A stretch of DNA of 51,030 nucleotides, taken from positions 1 through 51,030 of the forward strand of contig JACCVL010000044.1 of NCBI GenBank assembly GCA_013698185.1. Reading direction: 5' to 3'. The notes under the pieces are model-generated. The model was given only the letters and a program-made list of their open reading frames with translations, searched no databases and was not told where the DNA came from. The stretch comes from Nocardioidaceae bacterium. GTDB lineage: Bacteria > Actinomycetota > Actinomycetes > Propionibacteriales > Nocardioidaceae. Shown here piece after piece: positions 9,256 to 19,757 of this stretch; the stretch's first letter is position 1, and the number at the start of each line of letters is the position of its first letter. The translations under genes and the position numbers were made by a program.

Positions 9256-9870
9256 GTGTTGCGGGTGGGACTGACCGGCGGGATCGGATCGGGCAAGAGC
9301 GAGGTGAGCCGGCTGCTCGCGGCGCGCGGCGCGCTGGTCATCGACTCAGATGTGCTCGCGCGTGCCGTGGTGGCCGCGGGCACCGAGGCCTTCAACGAGG
9401 TGGTGGAAGCATTCGGCGCCTCGCTGGTCGCAGCTGACGGCGAGCTCGACCGGGCGGCCCTGGGCAGAGCGGTTTTCGGCGACGAGACTGCGCGGCGCCG
9501 GCTCGAGGCGATCGTGCACCCCGGCGTCCGTGACCGCGCAGCCGACATCGAGTCGCGCGCCGCGTCGGCCGACCCTGACGTCGTGGTCGTCCACGACATC
9601 CCACTGCTTGTCGAGACCGGGCAGGCCGACCACTTCGACCTGGTCGTCGTCGTCGACGCGCCAGACGAGCTACGCCTGGATCGGCTGGTGCAGAGCCGTG
9701 GCATGGCTCGCCAGGAGGCCGCTGCCCGGATAGCTGCGCAGGTCAGCCGGCAGGAGCGACTGGACGTAGCGGACGAAGTCGTCGACAACTCCGACGGGCT
9801 GGCGGCTCTCGAGGCCCAGGTCGAGGTCCTCTGGCAGCGCCTGGCTGCCGCCGCCCGACTCGCGTCCTGA
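9256..9870 (+). CDS. coaE: Dephospho-CoA kinase (kinase domain only)
   Basis: 204 aa. P-loop GLTGGIGSGKS. Conserved polA-rpsA-coaE order. Confidence 0.9.
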   Translation: MLRVGLTGGIGSGKSEVSRLLAARGALVIDSDVLARAVVAAGTEAFNEVVEAFGASLVAADGELDRAALGRAVFGDETARRRLEAIVHPGVRDRAADIESRAASADPDVVVVHDIPLLVETGQADHFDLVVVVDAPDELRLDRLVQSRGMARQEAAARIAAQVSRQERLDVADEVVDNSDGLAALEAQVEVLWQRLAAAARLAS

Positions 9871-9874
9871 CCGG

Positions 9875-10843
9875 TCAGGCAGCCAGGTCGGGGTCGGCGA
9901 TCACGCGCAGCTGGGCGAGCGCCTCCCGCTCGAGCTGACGGACCCGCTCGGCTGAGATGCCGTGCCGGGCTCCGATGTCGGCCAACTTGTGGGTACGCCC
10001 GTCGATCAACCCGAAGCGCGACTTGATGATGTCTGCCTCTCGCTCGCCGAGCCGGTCGATGAGCTGGGTCAGGCGGGCCCGCGACTCCCGGTCCAGCAGC
10101 GTGATGTCAGGTCCCGGAGCGCCCTCACGGGCGACCAGGTCGCCGAGTGAGGTGTCGCCGTCGTCGTCGACCGGAGTGTCCAGGCTGACGTGGTCGCGAC
10201 CCCAACGGACGAGGTCCATCACCCGGGTGATGTCCATCGCCATCTCGTCGGCGATCTCACGGATCTCCGGGTCGCGACCGAGCTGGCGCTCGAGGGTGCG
10301 ACGGGCGGCGCCGATCTGGTTGAGCTCCTCCACGACGTGGACGGGCAACCGGACGACCCTGGCCTGCTGGGCCACCCCACGGGTGATCGCCTGACGGACC
10401 CACCAGGTGGCATAGGTCGAGAACTTGTACCCCTTGGCGTAGTCGAACTTCTCGACCGCCCGGATGAGACCGGTGTTTCCCTCCTGGATGAGGTCGAGCA
10501 TCGGCATCTGGTTGCGGCCGTACTTTCGCGCGATGGACACGACCAACCGCAGGTTTGCGGTCGTGAACTGCTGCTGGGCGCGTCGGCCGTCGGCGACGAG
10601 CCACTCCAGCTCGGCCTGGGTCGCAGACTTGGGGGCACCGCCCTTGCGCCGGCCCACCCGGCCCTCTGCCAGCAGCTGCTCGGCAAACAACCCCGCTTCG
10701 ATGGCCTTGCTGAGCTCAACCTCCTGGGCAGCATCGAGCAGCGGCGTGCGGGCGATCTCGTCGAGGTACATCCCGACGCTGTCCCGCCCGTCCCCGCCGT
10801 CGCGGGCCGCGGACGCGGCGCGCCGAGTGGTGGTCGCTGCCAT
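9875..10843 (-). CDS. sigB: Group-2 (SigB/HrdD-like) sigma-70 family sigma factor
   Basis: 322 aa. Region 2 [38 protein letters not shown] and region 4.2 GISAERVRQLEREAL. It lacks the long N-terminal region of the principal sigma. Strong SD AGGGAGGGGG. Confidence 0.9.
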   Translation of the reverse strand: MAATTTRRAASAARDGGDGRDSVGMYLDEIARTPLLDAAQEVELSKAIEAGLFAEQLLAEGRVGRRKGGAPKSATQAELEWLVADGRRAQQQFTTANLRLVVSIARKYGRNQMPMLDLIQEGNTGLIRAVEKFDYAKGYKFSTYATWWVRQAITRGVAQQARVVRLPVHVVEELNQIGAARRTLERQLGRDPEIREIADEMAMDITRVMDLVRWGRDHVSLDTPVDDDGDTSLGDLVAREGAPGPDITLLDRESRARLTQLIDRLGEREADIIKSRFGLIDGRTHKLADIGARHGISAERVRQLEREALAQLRVIADPDLAA

Positions 10844-10885
10844 CGTCTCGCCCCCTCCCTACTTCACTTCGGTATCAACGGCGTC

Positions 10886-10911
10886 AACACCGGCGGGCGG
10901 GCGTGGATTCC
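10886..10911 (-). promoter_or_regulatory. Candidate ECF (SigR/SigH-type) promoter GGAAT-N18-GTT upstream of the sigB-like gene
   Basis: The minus strand reads GGAAT(10911-10907)-ccacgcccgcccgccggt-GTT(10888-10886). 42 nt separate the GTT from the ATG. Confidence 0.45.
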
Positions 10912-11004
10912 GCCCGGCCAGCTCGCGCTGACGCTTTCGTACCCGGCATGACGAGCGGCGGCAGCAGAAAGTGCCGACTTCAGGGACTTCTCAGCATCGC
11001 CGGG

Positions 11005-11792
11005 TCACCGGCTGGTGGTGCGGTAGGACCTGGTGGCGAGCGGTGCGAACACGGCCACCATCAGCACTGCCCATCCGACGGTCAAGATCACGGCGTGCTC
11101 GCTGGGGAAGCTCCCGCTCGGAGCCGCGGTCGGGTTGCCGAACAGCTCACGCAGCGCCGCGGTCAGGTTGGAGACCGGGTTCCACTCCGCGATAGGCTGA
11201 AGCACGGCCGGCAGGGTGTCGCTCGGCACGAAGTTGTTGGACAGGAACGTGATGGGAAAGATGGTGGTGAACGCGACCTGGTTGGCCACCTCGACGGTGG
11301 GCACCAGCTGTCCCAGCCACACCCCCAGCCACGACATCGCGTACGCGAACAGGAGCGCGAGGGCGCATCCGGCCAGGAACTGCAGCACTCCGTCGCGAAC
11401 CCGCCAGCCGACGGCAAGGCCGGACAGCATCAGCACGAGCAGGATGCCAGCGTTGTAGACGACATCGGAGAGCGTGCGGCGGGTCAGGAAGGCCGACCGG
11501 GCCATCGGCAGGGACCTGAATCTGTCGACCAGGCCCTTGTTCATGTCGTCGGTGATGCCGATGGCGGTGGTGGCTGCGGCGAAGGCGAGGTTCTGGGCGA
11601 AGATGCCGGGCATGAGGTACGCGCGGTAGCCGCCCCCCGGCACGTCGATGGCGCCGCCGAAGACGAAGGCGAACAGCAAGACGAACATCACCGACTGCAA
11701 GATCGCGAAGATCGCGAGCTCGGGGATCCGCGGGACACGCTTGAGGTTGCGCCAGGTAACCACGGCGGAGTCGTTGACGGCTGCTCGGAGGC

Positions 11793-11796
<4 letters not shown>
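11005..11796 (-). CDS. ABC-2 type exporter permease (DrrB-like)
   Basis: 263 aa. ABC-2 topology with N-terminal NLKRVPRIPELAIFAILQSVMFVLLFAFVFGGA. The GTG start overlaps the upstream ATPase stop (GTGA). Confidence 0.85.
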
Positions 11797-12822
<1,026 letters not shown>

Positions 12823-12825
12823 GAC

Positions 12826-15045
12826 TCAGGACCCGGCGAGCGGGGTGTGCGGGGCGCCCGCCGTGTCGATGACCCAGGCGTACTCGAAGGCACGCTCCCG
12901 CCACGCCTCGTAGCGCCCGCTGACCCCGCCATGCCCCGCGCTCATCTCCGTCTTGAGCAGCACATCGGGTGCCCCGGCGTTGAGCTCGCGCAGCCGGGCC
13001 ACCCATTTCGCCGGCTCGACGAACGACACCCGGGTGTCGTTCAGGCTGGTGGTGGCCAGCACCGGGGGATAGCCAGCCGCGCGGACGTTCTCGTACGGCG
13101 TATAGGACTTCATGTAGGTGTAGACCTCAGGGTCGTGCAGCGGGTCCCCCCACTCGTCCCACTCGATGACGGTGAGGGGCAGGGACGGGTCGAGGATCGA
13201 CGTCAGCGCGTCGACGAACGGCACCGCGGCGAGCGCGCCGGCGAAGGCGTCGGGCGCCATGTTGAGCACCGCCCCGATCAGCAGGCCGCCGGCGCTGCCA
13301 CCCATGGCGACCAGCCGGTCGGGCGCGGTCCATCCGGACGCGACCAGATGCCGGGCACAGTCCACGAAGTCGGTGAAGGTGTTCTTCTTGGTAAGCATCT
13401 TGCCGTTGTCGTACCAGTGCCGTCCCATCTCCCCACCCCCGCGTACGTGGGCGATGGCGAACACCATGCCTCGGTCGAGCAGCGACAGCCGGCTGACGGC
13501 GAACCCCGGGTCCATGCTCGCCTCGTACGAGCCGTAGCCGTAGACGAGCGCTGGAGCGCTGCCGTCTCGTGGGGTGCCCGCGCGGCAGACCACCGAGATG
13601 GGTACCGCGGTGCCGTCGGCGGCCGTGGCCCACTCGCGGTGCTGCTCGTAGTCGGCGGGGTCGTAGCCGCCGAGCACCGGTTGCTGTTTGCGCAGCACCC
13701 GGCGGCCGTCGGCCCAGAACTGGTCGAAGACCGTCGCCGGGGTGACGAAAGAGGTGTAGGCGACGCGCACGTGCGGCTGGGCCCACTCCGGGTTGGCAGC
13801 GGGGTAGCAGCTGTAGAGCTCTTCGTCGAACGCGATCTCCTCGACCTCGCCGTAACCGTCGTCGCCGAGCGCGAGGACCGCCGTGCGTGGCAGCGCCGCG
13901 CGCCGGTAGGCAATGACGAGATGGGTGGCGAAGGCCGCGACGTCTTCCAGCCGCACATCGGCCTGTGCCTCGATGACCGGCGTCCAGTGCTGCCGACCGG
14001 GTGTCGCCACCGGCGCCTGCGCCAACGCGAAGTTGTCGGCTCCGTCGTTGTGCAGCACCAAGAAGCGGTCGGTCCCCGCGACAACGGCGTGCTCCACGTG
14101 GTACTCGACGCCTGGCCGGCGCTCGGCGACGACCCGCGGCGGGCTGTGCGGGTGGTCGGCATCGATGACCCGTACCTCGCTGGTGATCTTGGACGAGGCG
14201 ACGATGAGCACGTAGCGCTCACTGCGAGTGGTGCCCACCCCGACGCCGTACCGCTCGTCGCTCTCGTGGTGCACCAGGTCGTCGGCTGCGACGGCGGTGC
14301 CCAGCACGTGCCGCCAGACCTTGAAGGGTCGCCACGCGGCGTCCACCGTGGTGTAGAACACGGTCGACTGGTCCCGCGCCCAGGTCACCGAGTAGTGCGT
14401 GTCGGGAATCTCGTCGGCCAGCATCGCCTGGGCCTGGAGATCCTTGAAGCGCAGTAGGTAACGCTCGTCGCCGACGACATCGGTCGAGTACGCCAGCAGC
14501 CGGCCGTCGGGGCTGACCTCGAAGGCACCCAGCGAGAAGAACGCGTGACCCTCGGCCTCGACGTTGCCGTCGAGAAGCACCTGCTCGCCCGGCAGGGACT
14601 CTCCCGGCGCCACGCCGGGCGGCTCCCAGTCATCGACGGACTCGGCGGGCGCCCGGCAGTGCACCGCGTACTGCTGGCCCTCGACGGTGCGAGAGAAGTA
14701 CCACCAGGCGCCCTTGCGGGTGGGCACCGACATGTCGGTCTCCTGCGTGCGGCTCTTGATCTCGCCGAAGATGTCTGCACGCAGCGCCGCGAGATGTGCG
14801 GTGCGCTCGGCGGTGTAGGCGTTCTCGGCCTCAAGGTGGGCCAGCACAGACGACGACTCCTTGTCGCGCAGCCACTCGTAGCTGTCGACCACGGTGTCGC
14901 CGTGATGGGTGCGTTCGATCGGGACCTTGTCCGCCAGCGGCGGAGAGTCAGCGGGGTCGGACGGCGCAGGCGCGCCGGTCGCGAGGGTGTCAGTGGCGTG
15001 GTCTGGGGCGGTGGCGTCGGGCACGCACACGACGCTAGCCGACAC
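12826..15045 (-). CDS. ptrB: Oligopeptidase B / prolyl oligopeptidase family S9A serine protease
   Basis: 739 aa. N-terminal HHGDTVVDSYEWLRDKES and beta-propeller region. Catalytic Ser motif GGSAGGLLIGA. C-terminal HGG. The start (GTG 15045, or GTG 15030/15024) is uncertain. Confidence 0.9.
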   Translation of the reverse strand: MSASVVCVPDATAPDHATDTLATGAPAPSDPADSPPLADKVPIERTHHGDTVVDSYEWLRDKESSSVLAHLEAENAYTAERTAHLAALRADIFGEIKSRTQETDMSVPTRKGAWWYFSRTVEGQQYAVHCRAPAESVDDWEPPGVAPGESLPGEQVLLDGNVEAEGHAFFSLGAFEVSPDGRLLAYSTDVVGDERYLLRFKDLQAQAMLADEIPDTHYSVTWARDQSTVFYTTVDAAWRPFKVWRHVLGTAVAADDLVHHESDERYGVGVGTTRSERYVLIVASSKITSEVRVIDADHPHSPPRVVAERRPGVEYHVEHAVVAGTDRFLVLHNDGADNFALAQAPVATPGRQHWTPVIEAQADVRLEDVAAFATHLVIAYRRAALPRTAVLALGDDGYGEVEEIAFDEELYSCYPAANPEWAQPHVRVAYTSFVTPATVFDQFWADGRRVLRKQQPVLGGYDPADYEQHREWATAADGTAVPISVVCRAGTPRDGSAPALVYGYGSYEASMDPGFAVSRLSLLDRGMVFAIAHVRGGGEMGRHWYDNGKMLTKKNTFTDFVDCARHLVASGWTAPDRLVAMGGSAGGLLIGAVLNMAPDAFAGALAAVPFVDALTSILDPSLPLTVIEWDEWGDPLHDPEVYTYMKSYTPYENVRAAGYPPVLATTSLNDTRVSFVEPAKWVARLRELNAGAPDVLLKTEMSAGHGGVSGRYEAWRERAFEYAWVIDTAGAPHTPLAGS

Positions 15046-16390
15046 CTCCGACGTCCCGCCGGTGAGCTTCGCCGCCGGGCCGCAGCGCCGGATCCTCGAG
15101 GGCGAACGTACGCACCGGGCCCGGTGGTGTGTCGGCGGACTCGAAGCGCACGGTAACCCGGCCCCGGCCCGCCCCCCAGACCCAGCCCGGCCCGTGCTCG
15201 GTGTGCTCGACGTCGGTGCCGGGGGCGTACCGGTCTCGTCGGGTGTGCTGATCCAGGGTCGCCGTGAACGCGCCTTCGGCCTCGGCGGTCATCACCGGAG
15301 CGTTCTCGGCGGGGGTCAACGAACCGTCGAACAGGTCGTCCTGGATCCAGTCGGCCAGCCCAGACACGCCCACGCCGAGCAGGCGGACACCCCCGGTGGT
15401 GTCGGCCTCGTCGAGCAGCCGCTGCACCAGCGAGCACACGACCCGGACGCTGTCGGTGGGGGCCGGCAGGCTGGCCGCCCGGGTGTGGGTGGTGAAGTCG
15501 TGGCGGCGCACCTTGAGGGTCACGGTGCGCCCGGATAGCCGGGCCCGTTGCAGGCGTTCGACCACCCGGCCGGCCATCTGCTGGGTGATCGCGTGCAGCA
15601 GCGCCGGATCGGTGAGATCGGTCTCGAAGGTGTCCTCGACCGAGACCGACTTGGTCTCCCGTTCAGACACGACCCGGCGGTCGTCCTGGGCGCGGGCCAG
15701 GGTGGCCAGCTCCGCGCCATGGGCTCGGCCGATCTCGCGCACCAGCTCGGCTGTCGTCAACGCGGCCACATCGGCCACCGTGTGCGCGCCGAGGCGGTGC
15801 AGGCGGGCCTGCGTCGCCGGCCCGACGCCGGGGATCACCCGCACCGACATCGGCGCCAGCAGCTCACTCTCGGTGCCGGGGGGGACGACGACGAGGCCGT
15901 CGGGCTTGTCGAGGTCGCTGGCGATCTTGGCCACGAGCTTGGATGTCGCCGCACCGACGGAGGCGCTGAGACCCCCGGTGAGCCGGCGGACGTCGTCGCG
16001 CAGCTGCCGCGCCATGGCGGTGACCTCGTCGATGCCGGCTGCCGGGTGGGCCGGGCTCAGGTCGACGAACGCCTCGTCCAGCGACAGCGGCTCGACCAGC
16101 GGCGACAACCGTCGCAGCTGGTTCATCACGATGTCGCTGGCCTGCTGGTAGGCCGCAAAACGGGGACTGAGGTAGGCGGCGTGCGGGCACCGGCTCCTGG
16201 CCTCGGCGGTCGACATCGCCGATCGCACCCCGAACGCCCGTGCCTCGTACGAGGCGGTGGCGACCACACCCCGACCGCCGACCCCGCCGACGATCACAGG
16301 CTTGCCGCGTAGCGAGGGCTTGTCGCGCTGTTCGACCGAGGCGAAGAAGGCATCGAGGTCCAGGTGCAGGACCGTCGGGGCCGCGCGCAT
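15035..16390 (-). CDS. dinB: DNA polymerase IV (Y-family) with a ~95-aa C-terminal extension
   Basis: Start MRAAPTVLHLDLDAFFASVEQRD at the ATG at 16388-16390. Motif SLDEAFVDL. The 603-aa ORF in the track is an upstream extension. Confidence 0.9.
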   Translation of the reverse strand: MRAAPTVLHLDLDAFFASVEQRDKPSLRGKPVIVGGVGGRGVVATASYEARAFGVRSAMSTAEARSRCPHAAYLSPRFAAYQQASDIVMNQLRRLSPLVEPLSLDEAFVDLSPAHPAAGIDEVTAMARQLRDDVRRLTGGLSASVGAATSKLVAKIASDLDKPDGLVVVPPGTESELLAPMSVRVIPGVGPATQARLHRLGAHTVADVAALTTAELVREIGRAHGAELATLARAQDDRRVVSERETKSVSVEDTFETDLTDPALLHAITQQMAGRVVERLQRARLSGRTVTLKVRRHDFTTHTRAASLPAPTDSVRVVCSLVQRLLDEADTTGGVRLLGVGVSGLADWIQDDLFDGSLTPAENAPVMTAEAEGAFTATLDQHTRRDRYAPGTDVEHTEHGPGWVWGAGRGRVTVRFESADTPPGPVRTFALEDPALRPGGEAHRRDVGGVG

Positions 16391-16514
16391 GCCGCCATCG
16401 TCGCAGCAGCCGGCGGGGCGCAGGTGTCCACAGGCCGTTGCGGGCCAGGGCGAGCGAGCCGACGGACCGGTGCACAACTGCCGGCCAGGCTGTGTGAACG
16501 ACCAGTCTCCCACC

Positions 16515-17657
16515 ATGACGAGCAACGAGGACAGCTTCGACGCCGGCGACACGGAGCTCCCCGACCACCCGGGGCGGACGCGTCCGGCCAGGCGAGCCGG
16601 TCGATCGGTCCTGCGGGTGCGGTCGGTCGCCGACCTGCTGTCCCTGGCGTCGGTGACGCTCGGCTTCGAGCCCGAGGAGTCTTTGGTCGTGATCGGCGTC
16701 TCGGGTCGCCAGCCGGGCTTCCAGGTGCGCGTCGACCTGCCCCGGCCCGGCCGCGCAGAGGACGAGGGCGTCGCTCTGGCCGAGCAGGTGGCGGCTGCTG
16801 TCTCGGCACAGGGGTGCACCCGAGTCGCCGTCGTCGCCTTCTCCACCAGGGCAGCCGCGGCTCAGGTCGCCGAGGTCACGGCACGGCACCTGGAGCGGGC
16901 CGGCATCGAGCTCCTCGATGTGCTGCGCAGCGACGGCCGGCGCTACTGGTCGCTGCTGTGTGGCGACGAACGCTGCTGTCCCTCGGCCGGCACCGCCTAC
17001 GACCCGCGGTCGACGTCACTGCGCGCTGAGGCGGCACTGGCTGGCCGGGTGGTGCTGGCCGACCGGGCCAGCCTGGCGGCTCGCTTTGCCGCCGTCGACG
17101 GCCCGGACCGCGCCGTGGCACGCCGCGCAGCGCTGGCCGCTGAGGACGAGGTGGTCGCAGTGGTTGGTCTGCGCAACCGAGGTCAGGTCCGGCGCCCGAC
17201 CCGGCGGGTCATCGAGGCGGCCGTCCTGCCCGGCGCCCCGCGCGTCGACGTGCTGCTGGGCCGCCTGCTCAGGGCCGGCGGGACGGTGTCCGCCGAACGC
17301 GCCGCCGCCCTCGCGGTGTGGTGCTCGCTCGTCCCGCTGCGCGACCTGGCCTGGTCCCGGATGGACCGGGACAGCGCTGACGTGCACCTGGAGCTGTGGG
17401 CAGCGGTGGCCCGCCAGGTGGTCCCGCCCTACGAGCCGGCGGTGCTCTGCCTGACCGCCTTCGCAGCCTGGTTGTCGGGGGACGGAGCCAGCGCGTGGTG
17501 CGCCCTCGACCGGTGCGCCACGGTGGACCCGACGTACTCGATGGCCGGGCTGATCCGCGAGACGCTCGAACGCTGCCTATCTCCGCAGCTGTGGGTTCCG
17601 CTGCCCCGCGAGCGTGCCTGGGCTGCCTGTGGAGTGCCTCGACCCGACCTCGGCTGA
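16515..17657 (+). CDS. DUF4192-family protein
   Basis: 380 aa from MTSNEDSFD. N-terminal SVADLLSLASVTLGFEPEESLVVIGV resembles the DUF4192 signature. Family assignment is from memory of that signature. Confidence 0.65.
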   Translation: MTSNEDSFDAGDTELPDHPGRTRPARRAGRSVLRVRSVADLLSLASVTLGFEPEESLVVIGVSGRQPGFQVRVDLPRPGRAEDEGVALAEQVAAAVSAQGCTRVAVVAFSTRAAAAQVAEVTARHLERAGIELLDVLRSDGRRYWSLLCGDERCCPSAGTAYDPRSTSLRAEAALAGRVVLADRASLAARFAAVDGPDRAVARRAALAAEDEVVAVVGLRNRGQVRRPTRRVIEAAVLPGAPRVDVLLGRLLRAGGTVSAERAAALAVWCSLVPLRDLAWSRMDRDSADVHLELWAAVARQVVPPYEPAVLCLTAFAAWLSGDGASAWCALDRCATVDPTYSMAGLIRETLERCLSPQLWVPLPRERAWAACGVPRPDLG

Positions 17658-17782
17658 GCAGTCCCGCACCCGCTGAGCAGGCTCCGGGCTGGCCGCGCGA
17701 GCCGACTTCGGCAAGGGTGTGGCGTGCAGGGTGTGACATGGTGCGGCGCCGACGGGGCGCCGCCGACCACCAGGGAGACCGG

Positions 17783-19261
17783 ATGGGCCAAGACGTCGAG
17801 CATCGGACCTTCACCCGTCAGGACCGCACCCTGTTCCGCGGCAAGGTCCGGCTGTGCCTGGACGTGTTCGCCAGGATGCTGCGTGAGTCCCGCTTCGACG
17901 CCGACGAGGCGCGCACCGGGATCGAGATCGAGTTCAACCTGGTCGACGAGGCCAATGACCCTGCTCTGCGCAACGCCGACGTGCTCGAGGCCATTGCCGA
18001 CCCGGACTTCCAGACCGAGCTCGGACAGTTCAACATCGAGATCAACATCGCACCACGGACGCTGGACGGCACCGGCCTGTCACAGTTCGAGGCCGGGATC
18101 CGCAAGACCCTGAACGACGCCGAGGCACGAGCCGCCGACGTGGGCAGCCATCTGCTCATGGTGGGCATCTTGCCGACGCTGCGGCCGGGGCACATGACGG
18201 CGCAGACGCTGTCGGCCAACCCCCGCTACTCGTTGCTGTCCGACCAGATCCTGGCGGCTCGTGGTGAGGACATCAAGGTCGCCATCAGCGGCCCGGAACG
18301 GTTGTCCGTCACCACCGACTCCATCATCCCCGAAGCGGCGTGCACCTCGACCCAGCTGCATCTGCAGGTCAGTCCCGACGACTTCGCGGCGTACTGGAAC
18401 GCAGCGCAGGCGATCGCCGGGGTGCAGCTCGCCGTTGGCGCCAACTCCCCGATCCTGTTGGCCAAGGAGCTGTGGCGCGAGACCAGGATCGCGCTGTTCG
18501 AGCAGGCCACCGACACCCGCAGTGAGGAGCTGAAGGCTCAGGGAGTGCGGCCGCGGGTGTGGTTCGGAGAACGATGGATCAACTCGATCTTCGACTTGTT
18601 CGAGGAAAACGTCCGGTACTTCCCTGCCCTGTTGCCGATCACCGAAGACGACGACCCAGCGGTGACGCTCGAGCGGGGAGGGACCCCCGGCCTTGGCGAG
18701 CTACGGCTGCACAACGGGACGATCTATCGCTGGAACAGGCCCATCTACGACGTGGTCGACGATCGCCCGCACCTGCGAGTCGAGAACCGTGTCCTGCCCG
18801 CCGGACCCACCGTGGTGGACACGATGGCCAACGCCGCCTTCTACTTCGGTCTCGTCCGTGCGTTGGCGACCGACGAGCAACCGCTGTGGTCGCAGATGTC
18901 GTTCTCGGCCGCGGAGGAGAACTTCTACGTGGCGGCCCAGCACGGCATCGGCGCCTCGCTCTACTGGCCGTCGGTGGGCTCGCTGCCGGCTGCCGAGCTC
19001 GTGCTGCGCCGGCTTCTGCCGATGGCCCACGCGGGACTGGACTCACTCGGCGTTGACGCCGCAGACAGGGATCGCCTGCTGGGGATCATCGAGCAGCGGT
19101 GCCTGACCAGCCGCAACGGAGCCACCTGGATCGTCGGATCGTTTCACGCGCGTCACGGCCACAGCCACCGCGACCGCCTCGCCGCCTTGCGGCAGGTCAC
19201 CGGCGACTACCGAGCACTCATGAACAGCAACGAGCCGGTGCACACCTGGGACATCAGCTGA
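17783..19261 (+). CDS. Glutamate--cysteine ligase family 2 (GCS2) / carboxylate-amine ligase
   Basis: 492 aa from MGQDVEHRTF, with GGGAGA 5 nt upstream. GCS2-like blocks GIEIEFNLVD, ELGQFNIEIN and CTSTQLHLQV. Confidence 0.75.
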   Translation: MGQDVEHRTFTRQDRTLFRGKVRLCLDVFARMLRESRFDADEARTGIEIEFNLVDEANDPALRNADVLEAIADPDFQTELGQFNIEINIAPRTLDGTGLSQFEAGIRKTLNDAEARAADVGSHLLMVGILPTLRPGHMTAQTLSANPRYSLLSDQILAARGEDIKVAISGPERLSVTTDSIIPEAACTSTQLHLQVSPDDFAAYWNAAQAIAGVQLAVGANSPILLAKELWRETRIALFEQATDTRSEELKAQGVRPRVWFGERWINSIFDLFEENVRYFPALLPITEDDDPAVTLERGGTPGLGELRLHNGTIYRWNRPIYDVVDDRPHLRVENRVLPAGPTVVDTMANAAFYFGLVRALATDEQPLWSQMSFSAAEENFYVAAQHGIGASLYWPSVGSLPAAELVLRRLLPMAHAGLDSLGVDAADRDRLLGIIEQRCLTSRNGATWIVGSFHARHGHSHRDRLAALRQVTGDYRALMNSNEPVHTWDIS

Positions 19262-19352
19262 GCCGACCACGGCCCAGCTGGACCCCGTCACCATGCACTA
19301 GCCTCAGCCCGATGGCGCCCAAAGGCGGGCGCGGGTGTGGAGGACGTTGCTG

Positions 19353-19757
19353 ATGAGCACGATCGTGGTGGGTTACGTCCCGAAAGCCGAAGGGCAGGCG
19401 GCGCTGCGGCGGGCCGCTGAGGAGGCGCTGCTGCGCCAGTCTCGACTCGTGGTGGTGAACTCCCACCGCGGGGGTCGCGAGTACGACCGCGATGACGCCG
19501 CCAGGGGCGAGCAGGATCTCGAGGACATTCGTGACCAGCTGACCGAGGCCGGCGTCGACCATGAGATCCGCCAGCTCGTCCGGGGCATGGACCCGGCGGA
19601 CGACCTGATCCAGGTGGCTCACGACGTGAACGCCGACTTCATCGTCATCGGTCTGCGGCGGCGCTCACCGGTCGGCAAGCTGATCCTCGGCAGCAACGCG
19701 CAGCGGATCCTGCTCGACTCGCCGTGCCCGGTGCTGGCCGTCAAGTCCGCCGAGTGA
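19353..19757 (+). CDS. Universal stress protein (UspA family)
   Basis: 134 aa from MSTIVVGY, with GGAGGA 8 nt upstream. C-terminal IVIGLRRRSPVGKLILGSNAQRILLDSPCPVLAVK is the USP ATP-binding motif. Confidence 0.85.
   Translation: MSTIVVGYVPKAEGQAALRRAAEEALLRQSRLVVVNSHRGGREYDRDDAARGEQDLEDIRDQLTEAGVDHEIRQLVRGMDPADDLIQVAHDVNADFIVIGLRRRSPVGKLILGSNAQRILLDSPCPVLAVKSAE

Noticed and set aside
16391-16514. SOS (LexA) box upstream of dinB.
   Set aside because: There is no TCGAAC-N4-GTTCGA-like palindrome in the divergent spacer, only a lone GAAC half-site. Other TCGAAC strings in the window lack a partner half-site.
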